DNA of 47,879 bases from an uncultured Candidatus Peribacteria bacterium (lineage in GTDB: Bacteria; Patescibacteriota; Gracilibacteria; RBG-16-42-10), in NCBI GenBank assembly GCA_964514565.1, contig CAZERA010000006.1, positions 1 through 47,879 on the forward strand, given 5' to 3'. Numbering within the stretch: the stretch's first letter is position 1; each line of letters begins with the position of its first letter. Positions 9,334 to 16,881 of this stretch are shown piece after piece. Position numbers and translations under genes: made by a program. The notes under the pieces are model-generated. The model was not told the DNA's origin, did no database searches, and was given only the letters and a program-made list of their open reading frames with translations.

Positions 9334-9660
9334 TTAGCATTTATCGACTAGATAGGAGGTGATCTTAGTGATTTTTGCTCCAGAGAATTCGTAAATATCA
9401 CAATAACTTACTTTTTCAACTTTGCCATCTTCAGTTGTGTAATCACAGTTGCCTTCGATTGCCATTTTATTGGTATCACAAATAAAGTTTGTAGAGATTA
9501 ATTGAGACCCCGCCATCATTGGCAGGATTTTCTCACAATAATCTACTACAGGTTTTTTACCTGTTAATTTTTTGTCACCAATAATATCCCATTCAATTGT
9601 TTCACTGAAATGGTCATAGGCTGATTGGAATTCACCTCTAGAAAATGCTTCGGCGATCAC
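9334..9660 (-). CDS. NTF2/SnoaL-like protein
   Basis: IAEAFSRGEF, FSETIEWDIIG, GKKPV, SYCDIYEF, ITKITSY. Start codon uncertain. Confidence 0.8.
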   Translation of the reverse strand: MIAEAFSRGEFQSAYDHFSETIEWDIIGDKKLTGKKPVVDYCEKILPMMAGSQLISTNFICDTNKMAIEGNCDYTTEDGKVEKVSYCDIYEFSGAKITKITSYLVDKC

Positions 9661-9683
9661 TTGAATACTTGCTTCTATAAGAA

Positions 9684-9989
9684 TTATCTTTTAGTAATTG
9701 TGACTCTGAACGATAAATGTTTTTCTGCCAATGCACTTCTAAGTTTAGGTAAGGAGCTTGGGCCTATACCATGGAGCTCTAATATATCTTTTTCGGAGTA
9801 TTTAGCTAACTGATGAATGGTAGTAATGCCTGCATTCTCTAATGCTCGTCTGGCTGGTGCACTTAATCCTGCTACGAATCCACTCGCATTTTTTGCTGAC
9901 TCGCATTGGGGACAAACTGGACAGTCACTACTTTTGTAAAACTTGTGCCCTTGTTTGCATATTTTTAGTTTCTTTTCAGTGGTAGACAT
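9684..9989 (-). CDS. RNA polymerase alpha-CTD-like / HhH small protein with N-terminal Cys cluster
   Basis: CKQGHKFYKSSDCPVCPQC followed by LSAPARRALENAGITT..LAKYSEKDILELHGIGPSSL. Confidence 0.8.
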   Translation of the reverse strand: MSTTEKKLKICKQGHKFYKSSDCPVCPQCESAKNASGFVAGLSAPARRALENAGITTIHQLAKYSEKDILELHGIGPSSLPKLRSALAEKHLSFRVTITKR

Positions 9990-10085
9990 AAGTAAAGATA
10001 ACTTTACTTCCTTATAGCAGATTGAAATTTCTATGCTACTTTTTAGTAAACTTTATACTTTCCGCATCCCCCACTTCTTTTTGTG

Positions 10086-11084
10086 TTAGCGAGAATGGAT
10101 AGCAACATCCCAGTACATTGTTTGGTTGATTGTATGTGTCGATTCTCTCAGGTTGACAGCAAATGTAGAGCCCAAATTAAAAGACTTAGTTGGGTTTGTT
10201 CGTCTATCGTCTATTTGCCAGCCACTAATAGCGTTGACTTGATCATGCAAATCTTCTGCCAAGGTTGAGAATTCTAAATATGGACTACCGGGATACAAAT
10301 TTACTCTGGCATCAGCAGGTGTCGATAATGTGTAGTCATTAGTTACTAAACCACTGTGTGAGGCATTGCGTTGTATGAAACGCCCTTTTGGTAGACTTTT
10401 ATATTTTGTAGCAGCATATGAAGCGAGGCTAAACCTTGTTTGGATGAGATTGAGTGGTGACCGATTGGCAAGTGGAATGCTATTGGCTGTTTTGATTAGC
10501 AAAACTACTTCTTGATCGTGGATGCGAACAAGTTTTCTTACAGAGCCAAAGGGTGACAAATTAGGGCCAGCTTGTTCATTGATTAAGTTGAGGCACAGAT
10601 CGATAATTTCACAGCGAACTTGTCGTAATATTTTGTGATGTGATATCGCAGTATGAAGTGATGTTACTAGTTGAGGGGCTGAATTGGTAGTGTCAGTTGG
10701 TGTGCGTTCATAAGCTTGTAGAGCTGCAGCCATTAAACGTTGTGTGTCAGTGAAAACTAGCTGGAAAGTATGTGAGCTTAAAGTTTTACTCAGCAAAACA
10801 GCTATTACCTTTGCTTGATGAGGAGAGATATAAGCTTCAATCTGACTGAATACAGTAAAATCAAGGCAGTGTGGTGGCTTACTAGTACTGCGAAGACACA
10901 GTCTCCCATCAAATGTAAGCATGTATTGTCGATCTTTTACATAAACATATAATGGAGCACCTAAAGCTTTGATGTAATCGTCTATAAGATTCTTTTGGTC
11001 ATTATCTGACAGTAAAGCAATTGTGGTTAGATCCAAGATAGTATTGGCAGGTTTGATATCATCGCAAGTTGCCTCTATTGTCAT
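10086..11084 (-). CDS. hypothetical protein
   Basis: ORF of more than 330 codons with no recognisable motif; ATG 11084 preferred over TTG 11171. Confidence 0.65.
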   Translation of the reverse strand: MTIEATCDDIKPANTILDLTTIALLSDNDQKNLIDDYIKALGAPLYVYVKDRQYMLTFDGRLCLRSTSKPPHCLDFTVFSQIEAYISPHQAKVIAVLLSKTLSSHTFQLVFTDTQRLMAAALQAYERTPTDTTNSAPQLVTSLHTAISHHKILRQVRCEIIDLCLNLINEQAGPNLSPFGSVRKLVRIHDQEVVLLIKTANSIPLANRSPLNLIQTRFSLASYAATKYKSLPKGRFIQRNASHSGLVTNDYTLSTPADARVNLYPGSPYLEFSTLAEDLHDQVNAISGWQIDDRRTNPTKSFNLGSTFAVNLRESTHTINQTMYWDVAIHSR

Positions 11085-11217
11085 AATAAGTATATGAGAA
11101 ATGAGCCTAGCAAATTTAGATTGAATGGTAAATTGATAAAATAATTCTTTTCGTATATTGAAGAGATACAAATGGCATGTTATACATTGCCTTCACATAA
11201 TTATTAGTTAGTACTAA

Positions 11218-11910
11218 ATGAAATCACGGTCTTTCCCAACATTAGCTTTAGCAGGTGTAATGACATTGTTTAGTTGTAAGGCGCACGAACAAGAACCAGC
11301 TACTCGAACAGTTGTTCGACAACAACTAGCATCGACTTTTCGTGATGTGCCACGAACTCATCCCAATTCAACTGCAATAGAGTATTTGGCAGCGCATCAT
11401 GTGATGGGTGCTCAGCCTGATGGATTATTTCATCCAGAACAAGGCGAGACTCGTGGTGAACTTTTACATGTGCTACTTGATGCTGCCGGAAACACTGAAT
11501 TACCAACTGCCACAGTTGATCCGTTTATTGATGTCCATGCTGATCATCCTTTGGCTGGGTATGTATTGAGAGCCCTACAGCTTGGCATTGTGCGTGGCTA
11601 TGACGATGGTTATTTTAGGATTGATCGGGTAGTGAGCTTGATCGAATCTTTGAAGATTCTTTTGCTGACAAATAGAATTGGTCCCAATGAACTGCATAAT
11701 CTACCAATCTATACTGATGTGCCGGCAGGAGTTTGGTTTGTGCCATTTGCTCGCTATGCGATGGATCATCACCTGGTTGATGCTCGTCCAGATGGCAGTA
11801 TGGGGCGCGATCAGCAGCTGAATAGGGGGCAAATATCAGATCTACTCTGGCGATTTTTTCGTGATCGACCGGATTTGTTACCGGATTCGCGAAGAGGCAT
11901 TAGAGAATAA
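11218..11910 (+). CDS. S-layer homology (SLH) domain lipoprotein
   Basis: Lipobox-like LFSC after a signal peptide; three SLH repeats (FRDVP..TRGE, FIDV..GIVRGYDDGYFR, YTDVP..NRGQ). Confidence 0.88.
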   Translation: MKSRSFPTLALAGVMTLFSCKAHEQEPATRTVVRQQLASTFRDVPRTHPNSTAIEYLAAHHVMGAQPDGLFHPEQGETRGELLHVLLDAAGNTELPTATVDPFIDVHADHPLAGYVLRALQLGIVRGYDDGYFRIDRVVSLIESLKILLLTNRIGPNELHNLPIYTDVPAGVWFVPFARYAMDHHLVDARPDGSMGRDQQLNRGQISDLLWRFFRDRPDLLPDSRRGIRE

Positions 11911-12037
11911 GCCTAAGTATTAGTGTGAACACTACAGTTAGACATTAACAATGTAACAATTTTTAGCAAAAATTTATTCTAATAAGTTTGCTATATTCTT
12001 TTGAGAAAAGCTATATTGCCGACAGTTGCTACTTCTA

Positions 12038-13690
12038 ATGTCCAAAATGGATAATGCGTATCCTGTTTCTGCGTCATATCAGTCAGATCTATGTTTTACT
12101 TGCAAGCAGCCATTTACATCTGCAGAACAAGAAAATAGTTTCAGGGCCAGAGTATCGCCATCCTTTAATGGCGCTACACTTTTGATTTCACCGCCGCGCC
12201 ACTGTTCTAGCTGTAGAGAGAAGATGCGTTTGCGCTTTCGGAATGGATACAATCTTTATGCAAGGGACTGTGATCTTTGTCAGAAAGATGTGATATCGGT
12301 TTATCCTAAGGATACCGTTAGCCCGGTCTACTGTCCTGAATGCTGGTGGGGTGACAAATGGGATGCTTTGGATTATGGCATGGTTGCTTATGACCAGTCG
12401 CTATTTATAAGTATAGGAACATTGCTAGCCAAAGTTCCTGTTTTGTCGTTGGTTAATACTAGTAGTGAGAATAGTACTTATGCTCATGATTCTCAGAATA
12501 ATAAAAACTGCTACTTAGTTTTCTCAACTATTGAATCTGTTGATTCGATGTACAATTTCAATAGCAATCGGATGCGCAACTGTCTTGATTGTTATTGGAG
12601 TGGCAACTGCGAGCTTTCATATGAGCTGATCAACTGTAGTGAATCTTATCAAAGTGCTTATAGTAGCCATGGATACCGGCTGAACTTCTCATATTTCTGT
12701 GAGAATTGTGTTAATTGTACTAACTGTTTTGGTTGTTTTAATCTTGTTGATAAACAGTATTATATTTTTAATAAGCCGTATTCCAAAGAGGAGTATGAAA
12801 CTAAGATTTCTATATATCTGAGTCGGATCAAGACATGGAATGGTTGCGAAGATATCAAAAAAGAAGTGTCACGGTTCTTTGCTACCCAGCCCCATAAGTA
12901 TGCCAATGTTGTCAATTGTGAGAATAGTATCGGTGACTTTTTGGTCAATACTAAAAACTGCTTTAATTGTTATAATGTCATCAACAGTGAAGATTGCCGA
13001 TATATTGATGAGGGAGTCAGTCTAAAAGACTGTAATGATTGTAACCTTATTGGGCGTTCTGAGCTCATGTACAACTGCCAATCATGTGTTGGTCAAATCA
13101 ATATTTGTTGCAGCTTTAGTACAGACTGTAGTAACGTCACATATTGTGACCATTGTTATAACTGCCACAATTGTTTTGGTTGTATTGGGTTGCGACAAAA
13201 AGAATATTGTATATTCAATAAACAGTATTCTAAGGCAGAATATGAGCACCTGGTCCCACTACTAATTAAGAAACTAGTGGATGCTGGACAGTGGGGGGAA
13301 TTCTTTCCTGAGCAACTAGCTCCTATTCACTTTGAAGATAGTGCTGTCCCTGAGCACTTTCCTGAAAGTGCAGCAGAAAGTATTAATACTACTTTGGCAC
13401 ATACGATCGTAATTGATAATACTTCAAAGGAACCTAAATCAAACTGTTCAGTTTGTCACAAAGCTTTCTTAATGTTGAAGCAAGAGTTGGCCTTCTATGA
13501 AGCTCATCAATTACCTTTGCCAGCAATTTGTTTCTCTTGTAGACAGCGTCGCAGAGTAGAACAAAAAAATCCTAAAGGTAATATCCCTGCAATTTGTGCC
13601 AAGTGCCAAAAGAGCATTATATCTAATTATCCGTTCCAAGATAAGACGATTGTTTATTGTGAGGATTGTTATAGGGATGCACGAATTTAG
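12038..13690 (+). CDS. very Cys-rich protein with terminal CxxC zinc-ribbon clusters
   Basis: About 44 Cys by my count; four CxxC at each end; duplicated CxxCxNCxNCFGC..L..K.Y.IFNK.YSK.EYE. Confidence 0.85.
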   Translation: MSKMDNAYPVSASYQSDLCFTCKQPFTSAEQENSFRARVSPSFNGATLLISPPRHCSSCREKMRLRFRNGYNLYARDCDLCQKDVISVYPKDTVSPVYCPECWWGDKWDALDYGMVAYDQSLFISIGTLLAKVPVLSLVNTSSENSTYAHDSQNNKNCYLVFSTIESVDSMYNFNSNRMRNCLDCYWSGNCELSYELINCSESYQSAYSSHGYRLNFSYFCENCVNCTNCFGCFNLVDKQYYIFNKPYSKEEYETKISIYLSRIKTWNGCEDIKKEVSRFFATQPHKYANVVNCENSIGDFLVNTKNCFNCYNVINSEDCRYIDEGVSLKDCNDCNLIGRSELMYNCQSCVGQINICCSFSTDCSNVTYCDHCYNCHNCFGCIGLRQKEYCIFNKQYSKAEYEHLVPLLIKKLVDAGQWGEFFPEQLAPIHFEDSAVPEHFPESAAESINTTLAHTIVIDNTSKEPKSNCSVCHKAFLMLKQELAFYEAHQLPLPAICFSCRQRRRVEQKNPKGNIPAICAKCQKSIISNYPFQDKTIVYCEDCYRDARI

Positions 13691-13860
13691 GCGTGCGTCG
13701 TTTTTGATCTTATTTTTTGACAGTGCTAGTTATTAGGTAGAGCACTGTCAAAAGCTTAAGTTAGCTAGCACTATACTCAATGACTCTTTTAGCAGAGCGA
13801 TAGATACTTACAATTCCATGCTGAAAAAGCGCTATAGCTTTACTATAGCTGCAAATCGAG

Positions 13861-13936
13861 TGGTGGACAGTACAGGACTCGAACCTGTGGCCCTCTCGGT
13901 GTAAACGAGATGCTCTACCAACTGAGCTAACTGTCC
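13861..13936 (-). tRNA. tRNA-Val(TAC), CCA encoded
   Basis: Reverse complement GGACAGT-TAGCTCAGTTGGTAGAGCA-TCTCG-TTTACAC-CGAGA...GGTTCGAGTCC...ACTGTCC-A-CCA. Confidence 0.96.
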
Positions 13937-13966
13937 ATAAGTGCTTCGGGAGAACGAAGCGTGAGT

Positions 13967-13995
13967 AATATAATCAGCTTTTTTGAAAAATACAA
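13967..13995 (-). promoter_or_regulatory. sigma70-type promoter for tRNA-Val
   Basis: Minus strand TTGTAT-17 nt-TATATT. Confidence 0.6.
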
Positions 13996-13997
13996 GT

Positions 13998-14645
13998 TTA
14001 TCCTTGGATCAATCTTGCCACATTGTCGCGTTGGCGTTTTTGTTTGAATTGAATCGCCAAAGCTGGAGCAGCAAAAAACAAGGTACTGCCGATCACTAAG
14101 CCTGGTGAAACAATTCTACTAAAGAGCATACAAGTCAAAAAGAAACACTCGAAGTGAAACAAAGGATGTTGCATATAGAAACCAAACCAGTCATTGCCGT
14201 GTTGAGAGATATAGGCCTGCAACTGGCGACGTGAATGCTTGAGGAAGAAGCCGTACATACCTTTGTGAAAAGGAAAGAGTAATGGCACGCCACCTACCCA
14301 GACCATGTCCAATAAAATATGACTAAACACACCGACACTCAAAAGTACTAACACTTGGTAGAGTGTTGTGATATGGAGAAGCGACGCTACAACAAAGAGT
14401 GGCGTGAAAAGAGTGAGATAAAACAAAGGCGCGTGCAAATAGGTCTGGCGGTGATTGACGGCGTCAGCAGTAAATTGCTTGTTCTTCTTCTTTTTTTTGA
14501 GCATGTAATACAGCAAATCCAAATCAGGAATTGCTCCTGCCACGAAACCAATAATAAATAACCATTTATTATCAGTCACCTTCCACTTATCAAGTAGATA
14601 AGCAGTGGTAGCAGCTGTCGTCACTACATGTGTTGGAAACATCAT
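13998..14645 (-). CDS. YdjM-like membrane metal-dependent hydrolase
   Basis: TH, AIPDLD, HRQTYLHA, SHILLD, GVPLLFPF with TM segments. Confidence 0.82.
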   Translation of the reverse strand: MMFPTHVVTTAATTAYLLDKWKVTDNKWLFIIGFVAGAIPDLDLLYYMLKKKKKNKQFTADAVNHRQTYLHAPLFYLTLFTPLFVVASLLHITTLYQVLVLLSVGVFSHILLDMVWVGGVPLLFPFHKGMYGFFLKHSRRQLQAYISQHGNDWFGFYMQHPLFHFECFFLTCMLFSRIVSPGLVIGSTLFFAAPALAIQFKQKRQRDNVARLIQG

Positions 14646-14684
14646 AGACTATATATTTTGCAGCAGCCGTACGCTACCAGAGCC

Positions 14685-15389
14685 TTATCCTATCGTCAAA
14701 GATGTGAGTAGTGGGAAAGTGCCTTTTTCTTCTTGAGTAAGAGCCAAATCTGTCAAACTAAAGATTTGGTTCTTACTGGTCCATTCAATACTCTCGCAGC
14801 GTAGGAGCATCTTGCTGTTTGTTGTTGCTGTTGCATCATAGAGTTTGTCCCCTACTAATGGATGGCCGATAGCAGCACAATGGACCCTGATCTGATGGCG
14901 AGCACCTTGCAGGATCATCACATGGATCCAACAATTACCATGACTGTCTCGTTTGATCACCTTATAGAGGGTTGTTGCGGGGCGCCAATTGCCTCTTTTT
15001 TGTTGATTGTGTTCTTTTTGCGCGACCATTTTTCTTTTGCTGCGTGGGTGATGAGCAATAGGAAAGTTAATGGTGCCAGTTTCTGTTTGTAGTACCCCTT
15101 TTACATAGGCTAGATAATGTTTCTTGATTCGGCCGGCTTGCACATCAGCAGTGAATTGATCAAATGTTTTTTGGCTGGTAGCAAATAAGACCACTCCTGA
15201 GGTTTCATTGTCTAATCGATAGAGCAATCCCCCTTCATTTTCATGAAAACCGATAATTTTTGCTTGTTCTGGGTATTCGCTCAGTACTAGTTCGGTGAGA
15301 GCTGGTGATTGCTCGCCAACTACCGTTGGTAGCTCAGATGGCTTGAAGACGGCTAAAATCTCGTTATCTTTTGCACATGTTATTGACAT
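14685..15389 (-). CDS. RluA-family RNA pseudouridine synthase (no S4 domain)
   Basis: KPS, RLDNETSG (catalytic Asp), KHYLAYVKG, GARHQIRVHCAAIGHPLVGDKLY. Confidence 0.92.
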   Translation of the reverse strand: MSITCAKDNEILAVFKPSELPTVVGEQSPALTELVLSEYPEQAKIIGFHENEGGLLYRLDNETSGVVLFATSQKTFDQFTADVQAGRIKKHYLAYVKGVLQTETGTINFPIAHHPRSKRKMVAQKEHNQQKRGNWRPATTLYKVIKRDSHGNCWIHVMILQGARHQIRVHCAAIGHPLVGDKLYDATATTNSKMLLRCESIEWTSKNQIFSLTDLALTQEEKGTFPLLTSLTIG

Positions 15390-15399
15390 GGGACTTGCA

Positions 15400-15429
15400 T
15401 TGAATGACTACTTTAGTGTAACATATAAT
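15400..15429 (+). promoter_or_regulatory. sigma70-type promoter for the CHAP gene
   Basis: TTGAAT-18 nt-TATAAT. Confidence 0.55.
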
Positions 15430-15503
15430 GATAGAGTCTCGAAAATCCCCCAAAACCCTGTACTTTTGGTATTCTTAATCCCCCCTTTATCAAAACCCCT
15501 GTT

Positions 15504-16187
15504 TTGTGTCTATGTGCTCTCACTGGTGCGTTCGTATTAGGTGCCGTTTCCTCCACACAGTATCAGGTATCTCAAGCAGATAGCTTTACGCCTCTCGCTA
15601 TGAATACCTTTGCTTTGCAGTATTACAAGGGACAGTTTTCTAACGCGTCTCATGCAATATCTGAGCAACTTAAGTTTGTTCAAAAACGACAGACGCAATT
15701 AGCATTAGCCCGCGATGAAGCGGCAAAGAAAGCTGATGCAGCTGCAAAAGCTAAAAAAAATAGCCAGGTAGCGATCAAGAAAGTAGCAACCAAGCCTAAT
15801 GCTAGTGGTAAAGTAATTAAAACTACTACCAATACTTCATTAGCCTATGCTCCTCTCAAGGAAGGCTCACATACATTCTATGCTGGCCAATGTACACGTT
15901 ACGTTGCTAGCAAAAAAACTATCCCTTGGGGAGGTAATGCCGGTGAATGGTTGACTAATGCTGCTGCTGAAGGGTATCAGACAAGTAAAACTCCTAAAGC
16001 TGGTGCTGTAATAGTGACAAATGAAAGTAGTACTGGCCATGTAGGCATCGTGGAGTCAATCAAAGGTGACAAAATGGTCATTTCTGAAATGAACTACGAA
16101 GGCTGGGGCAAAGTGACTAAACGTGAAATTCCACTTGATTCAAGTAAGATCAAAGGCTATATCACTGATGCTCGAGTAACTAGTTAA
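15504..16187 (+). CDS. secreted CHAP-domain peptidoglycan hydrolase
   Basis: Hydrophobic N-terminus, A/K-rich linker, FYAGQCTRYV, WGGNAGEW, GHVGIVE, ISEMNY. Start codon uncertain. Confidence 0.9.
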   Translation: MCLCALTGAFVLGAVSSTQYQVSQADSFTPLAMNTFALQYYKGQFSNASHAISEQLKFVQKRQTQLALARDEAAKKADAAAKAKKNSQVAIKKVATKPNASGKVIKTTTNTSLAYAPLKEGSHTFYAGQCTRYVASKKTIPWGGNAGEWLTNAAAEGYQTSKTPKAGAVIVTNESSTGHVGIVESIKGDKMVISEMNYEGWGKVTKREIPLDSSKIKGYITDARVTS

Positions 16188-16200
16188 TTTAAATCTCATC

Positions 16201-16238
16201 AAAAAGAAGCGGTCTTTTCAAAGATACCTCTTCTTTTT
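16201..16238 (+). terminator. hairpin with U tract after the CHAP gene
   Basis: AAAAAGAAGCGGT...ACCTCTTCTTTTT imperfect stem. Confidence 0.5.
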
Positions 16239-16263
16239 GTATTCTAGAATTAAGTTATACTAC

Positions 16264-16289
16264 AAAAAATACTCCTATAAGGAGTATTT
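16264..16289 (-). terminator. intrinsic terminator after tRNA-Leu
   Basis: Minus strand AAATACTCCT-TAT-AGGAGTATTT followed by a T run. Confidence 0.6.
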
Positions 16290-16323
16290 ATCTAAACTGA
16301 TGGTACCCGTGCAGAAAAAAAGA

Positions 16324-16409
16324 TGGTGCTGTGGAGAGGACTTGAACCTCCACCCTCTTGCGAGGACCAGCCCCTCAAGCTGGCGTGTCTGCCATTCCAC
16401 CACCACAGC
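16324..16409 (-). tRNA. tRNA-Leu(GAG), CCA encoded
   Basis: Reverse complement GCTGTGG...CCAGC-TTGAGGG-GCTGG, long variable arm, GGTTCAAGTCC, CCACAGC-A-CCA. Confidence 0.95.
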
Positions 16410-16448
16410 ATAATAACCCTGCACCATAACAGTACAGGGTAAGTTGAA

Positions 16449-16742
16449 TTACCAACTGAGGATTTCTAACTCTGTGTATTGTTGACGATGACCTTTATTG
16501 CGCATAAATCTTTTGCGGCGCAATTTCTTGAAAACGCGGACTTTGTCTCCTTTTCCATGAGCCACAATCTTTGCTTTCACTTCAGCTTTTACAGCTAGGT
16601 CCAATTTCTTATCATCGATAACAGCAATTGGGGAACCAAGAGAAATAGTATCTCCGATCTCACCGATCATTTTTTCGACGCGAATTGTCTCGCCTGGCAC
16701 TACTTTTTCTTGTCTACCAGAAACTTTAATAACAGCGTACAT
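16449..16742 (-). CDS. rplU: 50S ribosomal protein L21
   Basis: MYAVIKVSGRQ, KVRVFKKLRRK, KGHRQQYT. Confidence 0.96.
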   Translation of the reverse strand: MYAVIKVSGRQEKVVPGETIRVEKMIGEIGDTISLGSPIAVIDDKKLDLAVKAEVKAKIVAHGKGDKVRVFKKLRRKRFMRNKGHRQQYTELEILSW

Positions 16743-16824
16743 AGGAAACCTTAAATAGCGCGCACAAATTAACATAGGGATTAGTTATGTGCAAGTTACT
16801 TACTGGGCTGAATGTTCTTGCTTT

Positions 16825-16864
16825 GTTGGGAGGTAAAAGGGAAGCAGTAAGAGGTAAAAAGTTG
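16825..16864. repeat. heptamer-periodic element, flavour 1, solo copy
   Basis: GTTGG GAGGTAA AAGGGAA GCAGTAA GAGGTAA AAAGTTG. Confidence 0.75.
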
Positions 16865-16881
16865 ATGTACTTCTTATCTGT

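Noticed and set aside
6035..13860. Prophage or ICE at tRNA-Val
   Set aside because: No integrase, relaxase, phage structural gene or att duplication seen.
14481..14498. T-rich tract in the YdjM-like gene as a slippage site
   Set aside because: It encodes an in-frame Lys run and the downstream motifs are intact.
16301..16310. TGGTACCCGT, resembling a tRNA 3' end or att remnant beside tRNA-Leu
   Set aside because: Too short, not identical to the adjacent tRNA end, and no integrase nearby.
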